Numbered from the stretch's first letter, positions 41,297 through 50,874 are shown. The stretch is DNA of 64,000 bases from Candidatus Heimdallarchaeota archaeon (GCA_019056785.1 DXJV01000068.1:64001-128000), one strand, 5' to 3'. Translations and numbers: made by a program. The notes: generated by a model not told the origin, from the letters alone.

Positions 41297-42352
41297 TCAT
41301 TTTTCTGAATTCTCAGCAAGCTCTTGTACATCCATTGTTTCTTGTTCGTCTTTTGATTCTTCCTCTGTCGTTTCTTTTTGAGCCGCACTATTTCGTAGTA
41401 ATCGTTCTTTTTTTGCGCTATAAGTGGAAAGGATAATTGCACCGATTGAAATTATTACCAAGGCAACAATTTTTCCAGCCATAAGCCCTAACTTATTCTC
41501 TGTGAAATAAAAGTCCCATTCCTCAAAAATTAAAATCCCCCCGAAGACAGGGATGATCATCGCCAAAACTGTGAAAATTGGCGCTACGATAACTGCTTTC
41601 CCTCGTTGATAAGCGACTTGTAGATAGACTGTGGCAACGAAGTTAACAATAATCATAACAAACATCAAGAGCCACCAACTCCAAAGTTGGGAGGACGCTT
41701 GTAATTGTGTTTTATCTCTAAAATCTGCTCCCCCCATAAAGGCTCGGAGTAAAAGCGCCCCAAGTGCATCTGTTATTCCAGCTGAGAGACCAAAAAGAAT
41801 GTCCGCATTTCGATACTTTCTACTGATGCATAAAACGATCAAAAAAATTGATACTGCAAATGCTCCCATTAAAAAAGCAATGGATTCAATTTTGGAAAGG
41901 CGCTCAAGAACATATTCAAAGCGCTCCAAAGGGTTGGTTGAGGGTGGTTCGCTTTCTTCTCTGGGGGTGGTTAGCCCCATTAAAATAATCCCTCCAATTA
42001 TCGCTCCAACACCAAGAAATTCAATTTTAGAAATTGGTTCTTTAAGATAAAAATAGGCAAAAATGATTAATGCCACCATGCCAAAACTCATCAAAGGGGT
42101 AATAATGGATACCGGGGCAAGATCCAACGCAAAAGATAATGATGCCCATTGAATTTGCACTAAGAGAAAACCAATCAACCATGTTTTACAGGTAAGAAAA
42201 TTTTTAATGTTTTGCCAAACGCTTTGCTCATTAATTTTTGGAAGCTTTGCTGCACCTTTTTTTTGCAACCCCATACCAATGTTGAGCATAGAATAAGACA
42301 AAATGCCCAGAAAAATCGCCAAGATAACATCGTTTTTCATCAGATAAAGCAC
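41297..42352 (-). CDS. DMT-superfamily transporter, NIPA Mg2+-transporter-like
   Basis: ~9 TMs, GMGLQKKG, APVSIITPL, YLKEPI, GGILIFEE. Confidence 0.75.
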   Translation of the reverse strand: MLYLMKNDVILAIFLGILSYSMLNIGMGLQKKGAAKLPKINEQSVWQNIKNFLTCKTWLIGFLLVQIQWASLSFALDLAPVSIITPLMSFGMVALIIFAYFYLKEPISKIEFLGVGAIIGGIILMGLTTPREESEPPSTNPLERFEYVLERLSKIESIAFLMGAFAVSIFLIVLCISRKYRNADILFGLSAGITDALGALLLRAFMGGADFRDKTQLQASSQLWSWWLLMFVMIIVNFVATVYLQVAYQRGKAVIVAPIFTVLAMIIPVFGGILIFEEWDFYFTENKLGLMAGKIVALVIISIGAIILSTYSAKKERLLRNSAAQKETTEEESKDEQETMDVQELAENSEK

Positions 42353-42529
42353 CGTTTAAATTTCAAGGTTATTAACTGTAAATGCTAAAGTGAAGTGTTT
42401 TTCTTCCTTTATCTTTTTTTCCTATACAAGATGAAAGTGTAACCCCTTTTGTTCGAATGCTTTTTTCTTCCAAGAAATACTGAATAGTTTAAAAACTGTG
42501 GAAACAATCTTTTTTTAAAGTGAGTAGTA

Positions 42530-44380
42530 ATGGTTTCTCGGAATCGAAGCATTATCCAACTTGACAAAAAAACAGTTAACAAAATCGCTGCTGGCGAAGT
42601 GGTTGAACGCCCTTCTTCTGTAGTGAAAGAATTGGTTGAAAACGCCATAGATGCTCAGGCAACTGAAATTACCATTCAGATTAAGGGTTATGGTTTAGAA
42701 GAAATTCGTGTTATGGATAATGGCATTGGTATGAGTCGGGAAGATGCTAATATTGCTTGGAGGGAACATACAACCAGTAAATTACGAACCATTGATGATT
42801 TGAATTCTCTTTTCTCACTTGGTTTCCGGGGTGAAGCACTAGCAAGTATTGCTTCGGTTTCTGTGCTGGAAATCCTCACAAAACCACGCTCCCAATCAAC
42901 AGGCACTTTTATTCGAGTAAAGGGCGGAGAGCTGGAGAAAACAGAAGAACGTGAGTGTGCACCCGGAACGGCAATTTCTGTTAAGAACCTCTTCTTTAAT
43001 GTCCCTGCCAGACGAAAATTCCTAAAATCTAGAACAACAGAATTAGGGCATATTATTGATGTTGCCACCCGTCAGGCGTTAATTCATCCTGAGATACATT
43101 TCAAATTAATGCACGAAGCAACTATCTTATTACATTCGCCGAAAAGCGATAATCCACTTGACCCTTTCATTGAAATTTTTGGCGTGGAAGACGCAAAGAA
43201 AATGCTTCCAATTAATTACTCAGACGAGGGATTGGAAATCACCGGTTTTACCTCCTTCCCTGAATTGTCACGTTCAACACGTGATTTTGAGTTCTTTTAT
43301 GTTAATAAACGTCATGTGCGCAGTAGACTGCTCTCAGAGGCTGTAGAAGAAGCCTATAAAAGTTTGCTAATGAAGCATCGGTATCCGGTTGTCCTCTTAA
43401 ATCTGGCAATAGACCCATCACAAATTGATGTTAATATCCATCCCACAAAACGGGAGATTCGTTTTGATGATACAAAAAAAATCTTTGGTCTTGTGACAAA
43501 AGCAATTTCTGCTGCCCTGTCCTCCAAAGAACTCTGGCGTGAAATGAGTGCATTAAAGAAAAGGCAAGAACCTGCCGCATCTGAAGTCAAACAAGTTCTC
43601 CTTCCCTTCACACCATTAAAAGAAAGTGCCACGCCTATAAAAGCCCCATCAGAAATTACGGCTGTTCCGTCGCAATCAGAAAGGCAAAGCATCCATGCCC
43701 CCGCTCCCAATTTAGAGCTTCGTTTTAAACCTGGTGACAAGCAACAACAACAACAACAGTTGAAAACCGCCTCAACAATGGTAAAGTTTTCTGAAACATT
43801 CTGGATAAAACCTTTGGGGCAAGCGCTCAAATTATATGCTCTTTGTGAAACAAATGAAGGAATAGCAATAGTTGATATTCATGCTGCTCATGAGCGCATC
43901 CGTTACGAGGAACTCCTACGTCGTTATAAGAAGGCAAAAATAAAGCAGCAAGAATTACTTCAACCAATCACCTTTTCCCTAACAACTGAACAAGCTGCAT
44001 TCCTCCAGGAATACTTGGATCATTTTAAAGCAATTGGTTTGTTACCTGAAAAGTTTGGCGGTAACACCTACATTCTGCGGAGTCTTCCGGTAATTATGGA
44101 CCTTACGCTAACAGAGGAAGATATAACGAATTTAATTGAAGAGGTCCGTTTAGAAATCCCGAAACTCTCTACCTTAAATGCTCGGATTGATTTGCTCCTT
44201 AAAACAATGGCTTGTCATTCAGCCGTACGCGGAGGAGATGCTATTACAACCGAGAAAATCGCTGAAATTTTGCGCCTATTGAGTGCTTGTGAGAAACCTT
44301 ATACTTGCCCCCACGGGCGTCCAACCATTATAAAAATTTCTGAAAAAGCCTTAGAAAAAGAGTTCAGTCGTATTGTCTGA
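42530..44380 (+). CDS. mutL: Mismatch repair endonuclease MutL
   Basis: IAAGEVVERP, GFRGEALASI, DVNIHPTK, DIHAAHERIRYE, ACH, CPHGRP. Confidence 0.98.
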   Translation: MVSRNRSIIQLDKKTVNKIAAGEVVERPSSVVKELVENAIDAQATEITIQIKGYGLEEIRVMDNGIGMSREDANIAWREHTTSKLRTIDDLNSLFSLGFRGEALASIASVSVLEILTKPRSQSTGTFIRVKGGELEKTEERECAPGTAISVKNLFFNVPARRKFLKSRTTELGHIIDVATRQALIHPEIHFKLMHEATILLHSPKSDNPLDPFIEIFGVEDAKKMLPINYSDEGLEITGFTSFPELSRSTRDFEFFYVNKRHVRSRLLSEAVEEAYKSLLMKHRYPVVLLNLAIDPSQIDVNIHPTKREIRFDDTKKIFGLVTKAISAALSSKELWREMSALKKRQEPAASEVKQVLLPFTPLKESATPIKAPSEITAVPSQSERQSIHAPAPNLELRFKPGDKQQQQQQLKTASTMVKFSETFWIKPLGQALKLYALCETNEGIAIVDIHAAHERIRYEELLRRYKKAKIKQQELLQPITFSLTTEQAAFLQEYLDHFKAIGLLPEKFGGNTYILRSLPVIMDLTLTEEDITNLIEEVRLEIPKLSTLNARIDLLLKTMACHSAVRGGDAITTEKIAEILRLLSACEKPYTCPHGRPTIIKISEKALEKEFSRIV

Positions 44381-44650
44381 GCTTTTTCTACCCTTTTTTT
44401 TTCAGTTTCTAGCTGAACCGTTCATGAACAGTTTGTTTGCTTGATAAATTGGTTTTTTAACAAAACGCCTACAAAAAAGACCATGCTGTTGTTTTTTTAA
44501 TTAATTTTTTAGTTAATAAATGCATTAAATCATTAAGGTAAGGAAAAAATATATATGCATACATTCGATAGAAGATTAACACTCAAATAAAGTTCCTTGA
44601 AAAACCAAGGAGCTAAATTTGGACAAAAAATATAGGAAGATGTTCGAATT

Positions 44651-46273
44651 ATGAAGAAGAGTAAAATTATTGCTGCAATATTATTCCTTGCAATGTTTTC
44701 AAGCATATTTGTTGTGGCAAAAACCTACAAACCAATAATTACAACAAATGCTATTACTACTCCTGACATTAGTGACGAACCTTCCGTTGAACCCAAAGCA
44801 TGGACTCCAAAACCCCTTGGAAATAAAGGGATTTGGATCTACAACAACACAGGCGGCGCAATCACCACTGACGGTGATCTTTCAGATTGGGCCACTATCC
44901 CCAGAGATGTTTTCGGCGGTGTAACTGTCTATCTCGCATATGACGCCTCAAATGTGTATGTTGCATGCACTTGGCAGGATTCAACAGAAGATGATGCTCT
45001 AAGTCATTGGAACAAAACCGGAATGCTCAATGGCTCTGCTGTCTGGGAACAATTAGCAGGCGCAGATGACATGTTAGCTATCGGATTCGACAATGGAACC
45101 TACAAAGACACGTGGGTATGGACTCGTTCCATAAGAACCGATGGTGCTCATGCTTATGAGCCAGGTGATGCTGGAACAAAACCATTCTTAAGAAATGCTG
45201 ATGTAAATATTACAAAACCAATATATGACAACTCAACAAATCCAATTGTTGATGATACCGTGCTTCCAAATGGAACAGTTTATGTTGGCTGGTTTGCACA
45301 AGCACCCACAGGAAGCCAGACTGATGTCTCCCTTGCTTATACCTATAACGCAACCGGTCACGAGATGTATGTTGTTGAATTCTCCCGTGCCTTAGACACA
45401 GGTAATCCAGATGATATCGTCCTTAACTTCACTGACTTAACTGGCCAATCATTCTTCGTTGGTGCAGCGAATAAACAAGATTGTTTGTCCATGGATGTCG
45501 CGACTACTGCCTTCAGTTTAGCAGAAGGAAACGAAGCTGCAAGCCTCACATTTGATATCATTCCAAATGCTAATAATGTTGATGGCGCATTGTTGATCCA
45601 TGGTACAGTCTATGATGACTACGCTGGTTGGGAGCTAACTGTTTACTTAGACGGTTGGTCAACCACTTACTACCCAGGCTATTATGACGAGGCTGATGTT
45701 AACCTTGCGACTGGTAATTGGAGCTACTTGTTCTTCTATGATCAATGGGACATGCCCTTAGGTGATGATAAAGTTCATGTAGTATTCTATCCGAAATACG
45801 AAGCCCCAATTCAATTCTACCAAAATGTGACCATTGTAGATAAAGAAGCTCCACAAATCCTCGGTATTGTCGATTTAGCAGAGCGCTATCCAGATGGAGT
45901 ATCCATAAATGAGACAACTTATGTCACTGTTACAGTTGGTCTACAAGACAACTATTGGGAACGAGATGACATTGAAGCTCATCTTTACAGCTATAAAGAT
46001 GATGATGTCGCTCTTATGACTCCAATGGTTCATTTCGATCCTTTTGGTACGACCTTTAGTGCAAACATAACCCTCACATACACTCCTGGTGCGCCAAACG
46101 AATACACCTACTTTGTTGATGCTTTTGATCCAGTACTCAATAAGGTACTTTCACAGAAGTTCTACTTCAAAGTAGTTGCTGAAGTTGGTGCCACACCTGG
46201 ATTCGGCTTTATCGCAGCAATCGTGGGTCTCTTAGGAGCATCCGTTATCATCTACAAGAAATACAAGAAATAA
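44651..46273 (+). CDS. Surface glycoprotein: DOMON/CBM9-like domain, Ig-like domains, PGF-CTERM anchor
   Basis: Signal peptide, DGDLSDW, YVVEFSRALDTG, many sequons, TPGFG + TM + KKYKK. Confidence 0.8.
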   Translation: MKKSKIIAAILFLAMFSSIFVVAKTYKPIITTNAITTPDISDEPSVEPKAWTPKPLGNKGIWIYNNTGGAITTDGDLSDWATIPRDVFGGVTVYLAYDASNVYVACTWQDSTEDDALSHWNKTGMLNGSAVWEQLAGADDMLAIGFDNGTYKDTWVWTRSIRTDGAHAYEPGDAGTKPFLRNADVNITKPIYDNSTNPIVDDTVLPNGTVYVGWFAQAPTGSQTDVSLAYTYNATGHEMYVVEFSRALDTGNPDDIVLNFTDLTGQSFFVGAANKQDCLSMDVATTAFSLAEGNEAASLTFDIIPNANNVDGALLIHGTVYDDYAGWELTVYLDGWSTTYYPGYYDEADVNLATGNWSYLFFYDQWDMPLGDDKVHVVFYPKYEAPIQFYQNVTIVDKEAPQILGIVDLAERYPDGVSINETTYVTVTVGLQDNYWERDDIEAHLYSYKDDDVALMTPMVHFDPFGTTFSANITLTYTPGAPNEYTYFVDAFDPVLNKVLSQKFYFKVVAEVGATPGFGFIAAIVGLLGASVIIYKKYKK

Positions 46274-46455
46274 AGAAAGAACTAATCTTTCTTTTCTTTT
46301 TTTTATCTTTTTTGATTTTTATAGTAAGAGAGGTTAGAAGTTACCAGTAGGTATATTTCAAAAACTAGCCGAACTTTTTAAAGAGAAAAACCTTTTTTCG
46401 GAAGGATTAATAAGAAGTTAGGTATAGTAGTTTCTCTTAATAAAAGGAGTTTTAA

Positions 46456-47628
46456 TTGAAAATGTCCAAACAAACAAAAGGTGCGAAAAGTAGCACCGGC
46501 TCGAAAAAAGCCACAACGCAAAAAAAGAGTTCGTCGACGAAAAAGTCCTCTTCCACCAAACAGACAGCAAAAAGTAAGGTAAGTACTAAGAAAACTTCGT
46601 CAACGAAAAAACAAGCTACTCAAACGAAAAAAGGTTTAGCTACAGTAAAAACCACTGTGAAGAAAAAACCTCAAACAACAAAAAAAGTGGTTAAAAAACG
46701 GGCAACAACCAGGAAAGCAGAAAAAGAGGGTCCCTTAGACTTTTATTTAAAAGCAGGACAAATTTCTATTAAAGTTAAGGAATTATTACGCTCCAAAGTT
46801 AAAATAGGTGCTTCGGTTTTAGAGATCTGTGAAATTGGCGAGGCGAAAATTAAAGAACTGGGTGCTAAATGGGCTTTTCCTTTAAACGTCTCCATAAACA
46901 ATGTTGCTGCTCACTATTCCTCTCCTCCTAATGATGATTTAGTGATTAAAAAAGGCGATGTAGTGAAAGTTGATTGTGGCGTTGAGGTTAATGGTTATGT
47001 TGCTGACACAGCTTTTACTATTTCGTTCAATAAGGACCTTGCAGACTTGGTAAAAGCCTCTCACGAAGCTACGAAAGCGGCTGTGGATCTTATCCGTCCG
47101 GGGATTACCACAGATAGACTTGGGCAAGAGATTGAGGATATTATTCGCTCCTACGATTTCAGACCAATACGGGAGTTGAGTGGCCATCAATTGGACCAAA
47201 ACACTCTTCACGGGCCAATAACAATTCCCAATGTTAAGGGAACAAAAGGAATCAAGCTCGTAGAAGGTCAGGCATTTGCTATAGAGACATTTGCTACAAC
47301 GGGGACAGGGAAACTCGTTAAAGGAGAAAACAAGTGTTTTATTTTTCAATTAAATCCTGTGCAAATTCCTATTCGGCTTGACCCTGCCAGGAAAGCACGG
47401 AAGGTTATTCTTGCAAACTACTCCCATTTTCCATTTACTACACGCTGGATTGCTAAAGAATTAACGGTTTCCGCCGCAAAAATTGGTCTTACCTACCTGG
47501 CAAATAAAGGGCAAATCCATCGCTATCCGGTATTAAGTGACATCCGCGGGTCATTTGTTTCGCAATCTGAGCATACTGTTTATTTGACCGAAAAGAGCAG
47601 GGTAATCACTACACTGGAAAATCAATGA
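46456..47628 (+). CDS. map: Methionine aminopeptidase type II with ~90-aa Lys/Thr/Ser-rich N-terminal extension
   Basis: AAHY, DCGVEVNGYVADTA, SGH, AIETF, SEHT; all metal ligands present. Confidence 0.92.
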   Translation: MKMSKQTKGAKSSTGSKKATTQKKSSSTKKSSSTKQTAKSKVSTKKTSSTKKQATQTKKGLATVKTTVKKKPQTTKKVVKKRATTRKAEKEGPLDFYLKAGQISIKVKELLRSKVKIGASVLEICEIGEAKIKELGAKWAFPLNVSINNVAAHYSSPPNDDLVIKKGDVVKVDCGVEVNGYVADTAFTISFNKDLADLVKASHEATKAAVDLIRPGITTDRLGQEIEDIIRSYDFRPIRELSGHQLDQNTLHGPITIPNVKGTKGIKLVEGQAFAIETFATTGTGKLVKGENKCFIFQLNPVQIPIRLDPARKARKVILANYSHFPFTTRWIAKELTVSAAKIGLTYLANKGQIHRYPVLSDIRGSFVSQSEHTVYLTEKSRVITTLENQ

Positions 47629-47720
47629 GCATGTGTTCTACATACTTTTCCCCTTTTTATCTCCACAAATGTTGTTTAGTTCTAACAAAGCTTTCTTAAA
47701 TTCGGAACGTAAATTAATCT

Positions 47721-48989
47721 ATGTCTAAAGGTGATTATTCTTTGATGCCCACTCTAGCCTTCAAAAAATATTCTTTGCCCAATTTCGATGAATTTCGTAC
47801 AAATCTTCAAGAATTCTTAACAAAACTAGATAGACAAATAAAGCTCCTCAAAGAAGAAGATGCCGCCGGTGACAATTATGGAAAGATAATCCTTTATCTC
47901 TATCAAGGTTTGTTTTCGGTTGTGGATGCAGAGCGAAAATATCGCGCTGGCGATTATGTGGGCGCTGAAGCTGACTATGTTGAAGGGACCAAACTGATTG
48001 GAAGATTTCAAAGAATGAACACAAACTTCCCACTCGAATTTCAACAAGAAGCAGAACGTTTGGATCTGTTTGCTAATGGCCGAAAATCAGAATGTCAGGC
48101 GCTTAAAAAAGGGAGGAGTGTTGATGAGCAAATTGCTTTTTTGCTCGAGGCATTAAATTCTTACACATTAGAAACTGCAATTGTGGAGAAACGAAAAATT
48201 CCACTGGGTGTTTATAATGCAAAAGCACGCGTAAATTTTGTTCAAGGACTGATCAAACGATTGGAAGGGCAAAAAGCCTTTGGCAGTAAAGATTTTTACC
48301 TAGCCAAGAAAAGGCATCTAGAAGCATATCGCCATTTCGTTTTGGCAACCTATTTCAATCCCACTTATTCCCCTTGGATAGCCGAACAGAATAAAACAAT
48401 TAAAAAAGTGATGAATGTCATTATTCGAGAAAAAGCCGCCAAAATTTGGGGAGAAGCATTCGCATTGTCTAGTGAAGGACAGTTTCTTATGTGTAGTGAG
48501 AAATGTTCTCTCGCTTCGAAATTTTATCGTAAAGCAAGTAAAATTGCTACTGAGAAAAAAGATTCGATGTTAATGAATGCCTATTCGCTTATGCTCCGAG
48601 CAAGCATGTATGAAGCAAAAGCAAATGACTTTCTTAAGAATAAAAATGATGCTAAAGGCGCCATCCCCCAATTTAAGTTTGCTATGAAGGCGATGACCGA
48701 AGCTGTAGTGGCTTTACCTCAAATGGAGGATAAGGAAAGCTTGCGCATACGCTGGGAAGCACAATTACAATATTACAAAGGTTATTTCTATCAGACTCAA
48801 GGCATTCATAATCTCGATAACGAAAAGTATAAAGAAGCACTGGAATTTTTCAAGCAAGCATCGGCAGAATTCAAGAAAGGCATGAAAAATGCCGAAGTAG
48901 TAAAGGATAATAACCTCATCCAGCTTTTAAACAAGTCACTGGCCGAAGCCAAAGGTTATATGGGTATGTGTAAAACTGTCTTGGATTAG
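47721..48989 (+). CDS. Alpha-solenoid/TPR-like hypothetical protein
   Basis: Repeated A/Y/F-patterned helical pairs across 422 aa. Confidence 0.7.
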   Translation: MSKGDYSLMPTLAFKKYSLPNFDEFRTNLQEFLTKLDRQIKLLKEEDAAGDNYGKIILYLYQGLFSVVDAERKYRAGDYVGAEADYVEGTKLIGRFQRMNTNFPLEFQQEAERLDLFANGRKSECQALKKGRSVDEQIAFLLEALNSYTLETAIVEKRKIPLGVYNAKARVNFVQGLIKRLEGQKAFGSKDFYLAKKRHLEAYRHFVLATYFNPTYSPWIAEQNKTIKKVMNVIIREKAAKIWGEAFALSSEGQFLMCSEKCSLASKFYRKASKIATEKKDSMLMNAYSLMLRASMYEAKANDFLKNKNDAKGAIPQFKFAMKAMTEAVVALPQMEDKESLRIRWEAQLQYYKGYFYQTQGIHNLDNEKYKEALEFFKQASAEFKKGMKNAEVVKDNNLIQLLNKSLAEAKGYMGMCKTVLD

Positions 48990-49052
48990 AAGAAAAGCAA
49001 TTGTAAAGTCTTAGAAAGGAGCGCAAAAAAGTTAAAAGGAACTGATGAAAAA

Positions 49053-49352
49053 ATGGTTGAACACCCCGAATGTCCTGAATGTGAACGAAAAATGAATTTT
49101 GTTGTGGCAAAATTAACTGATGAAGAGAATCCTGGCTCGGAAGACATAAAGTCTGGTTGGTATTGCCCTGACTGTGGGATTTTCAAGCCAACAGAAATGA
49201 CCGGAGAGATCGACCTCCAGTCACTGGATTTAGATATAAAAGAAGCAATTAGAGTCACATCATCTGCAAATATCTTCATCCCGGATGAATGGGTCATAGA
49301 AGATAAAACAGATGAAGTTAAAAAAATATTAGAAGAAATGGAGGAAAAGTAA
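49053..49352 (+). CDS. Small acidic zinc-finger protein
   Basis: CPEC...CPDCG. Confidence 0.75.
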   Translation: MVEHPECPECERKMNFVVAKLTDEENPGSEDIKSGWYCPDCGIFKPTEMTGEIDLQSLDLDIKEAIRVTSSANIFIPDEWVIEDKTDEVKKILEEMEEK

Positions 49353-49374
49353 AAGGAAGGGCTTTTTCTTCTCT

Positions 49375-49665
49375 TTATCCTCTAAGGGAATCGTTGAGTA
49401 AAAGTTTAGCAACATCGGGGGAGACATCTAAACGTTCGATTAGGGTCTCAACATCTAACTTCGAGCCATTTGGTATCAAGAATTCCTTAATGTAAGAGAG
49501 CTGTCCCTGGTATAAGGGTGATTTTCGGATTTGTTCATATTTTTGAGCGACAGTAGAAGTACTATCGGTTGTTCTAGTCGATTTTTCCATCGAAAAAGGA
49601 ATATTGGTTTGTGATTGCGTGTCTTTCTCCATGGACTCGTTTTCAAGTAGGCGTTTTGCTTCCAT
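49375..49665 (-). CDS. Small hypothetical protein, possible C-terminal HTH
   Basis: 96-aa ORF; DVETLIERLDVSPDVAKLLL. Confidence 0.5.
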   Translation of the reverse strand: MEAKRLLENESMEKDTQSQTNIPFSMEKSTRTTDSTSTVAQKYEQIRKSPLYQGQLSYIKEFLIPNGSKLDVETLIERLDVSPDVAKLLLNDSLRG

Positions 49666-49820
49666 CTGTTTTTCGTCATCTCCAGAGAAAAGGTTTTTTT
49701 TCCAGTAACAAAAAAAGCTGCTTTTGCTTTAAAAAGGAAGGTAATATCTTAGTTTTTGTCATTTGGTAACATTTTAATCTTTGATGTTTCCATTCTTCTC
49801 TATAAGTTACAAAAGGTTAG

Positions 49821-50381
49821 ATGAAAATGAGTACGAGTAGAAGAGCAATCAACACAAGTAACATTTGGACATTTACAATCGGCATTGGCCTTATCCTGTG
49901 GGGGGTAATTTGGCTGGTAGTCAAATTCCGCTTCGGAAAGGATATTACAGGAACACCATGGTTAATACTCATTGGCGGGATAATGCTTATTGCAGCTATT
50001 ACTAACGTTATGAGTTATCGTTATAATAGAGATAAAGTCTTAGGAGCATTGAAGTCCTATCCAAGAGTTAGTCTTGCACAATTGGCATCAGAGCTAAAGA
50101 TGCAAGAAAAAGACGTTAAAAGTATCATTGTAGATTTGCGAACTGAAGGGCAGTTAAAAGCCTCTTTCGATCCTAAAAGTGGTGATGTCATTGTTCTCGA
50201 AGTGCGAGGACAGGCGCCAACAGCAGTTGCAGCTGGCGTTCCCGTAGAGGGGATAAATCCGCAAAAAGTCGATGCTAAAAGTCAAGAAGTAATCCCTGAA
50301 CAGATATATTGTCCCTATTGTGGTTCTTTTGTGAGAAAGGGTGATATGTTCTGCAATAACTGCGGGTCCTCCCTCAAATAG
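49821..50381 (+). CDS. 2-TM protein with PCI-like winged helix and C-terminal zinc ribbon
   Basis: YPRVSLAQLASELKM...DLRTEGQLKASFD; CPYCG...CNNCG. Confidence 0.8.
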   Translation: MKMSTSRRAINTSNIWTFTIGIGLILWGVIWLVVKFRFGKDITGTPWLILIGGIMLIAAITNVMSYRYNRDKVLGALKSYPRVSLAQLASELKMQEKDVKSIIVDLRTEGQLKASFDPKSGDVIVLEVRGQAPTAVAAGVPVEGINPQKVDAKSQEVIPEQIYCPYCGSFVRKGDMFCNNCGSSLK

Positions 50382-50413
50382 CAGCAAAAGATAAGCTGCT
50401 CCCTCTTTTTTTT
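50381..50413 (+). terminator. Hairpin plus oligo-T terminator
   Basis: GCAGC...GCTGC followed by a T8 run. Confidence 0.55.
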
Positions 50414-50459
50414 CTCATAGTAAAGTAAAAGATATTAGATTGAACAGTGCAGTAGTTAC

Positions 50460-50785
50460 AAGATGATGGATTACGCCTTTCCAGAGGGTTGGCGGTAGCT
50501 GGATTTTTTCTTGCAATGACCGCTGATGCAAGGGAAGGCACACACCAGCATCGCCGGAAAGCAGCCATTGACTATTGACGGCTTTAAACGGCTCATTTCT
50601 AAGCTTAAGCTACCGCTCAGCGATGAAGAAAAAGTCAACCCGAGCCGCCTACACAAGAAATGCTGCTTTTCTCGAGAAACCGGTCTCTTTCCCTGCCTCG
50701 AGAGAACACAGTTGAGCTCGAACCATTCTTAACGATGAGACTGGCGTGTTAGTGCGTCAGGGTACAACCGGTTTCTCACTTTTTG
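50460..50785 (+). ncRNA. Candidate structured ncRNA (~320 nt), family unrecognised
   Basis: GC-enriched gene-free gap with nested helices, two UGA-N3-NUGA K-loop-like caps and a 3' T tract; strand inferred from G-U pairs and K-loops. Confidence 0.65.
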
Positions 50786-50874
50786 CTCTTTTGCTGTATT
50801 ATTGGAAAGCATTTTAAAGTCTCAGCTTATCTTATCTCTTAAAATAATATGAATTATTGCTGTTGTTGGTTTGA

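Noticed and set aside
43742-43759. (CAA)5CAG poly-Gln tract in mutL as a mutator switch
   Set aside because: Short, in-frame and in the variable linker, so slippage would not break the gene.
50374-50732. Three short ORFs (61-68 aa) in the RNA region
   Set aside because: They overlap each other, have no motifs, and are better explained by a GC-rich structured RNA.
50460-50785. Assignment as SRP RNA, RNase P RNA, 5S rRNA, tRNA or telomerase-like RNA
   Set aside because: The size fits SRP or RNase P, but the helix-8 (CAGG-GNRA-AGCA) and P4 (GAGGAAAGUCC / ACAGAA..GGCUUA) motifs were not found on either strand. The U-rich/A-rich resemblance to a telomerase pseudoknot is low-complexity. A very divergent known RNA cannot be excluded without Infernal.
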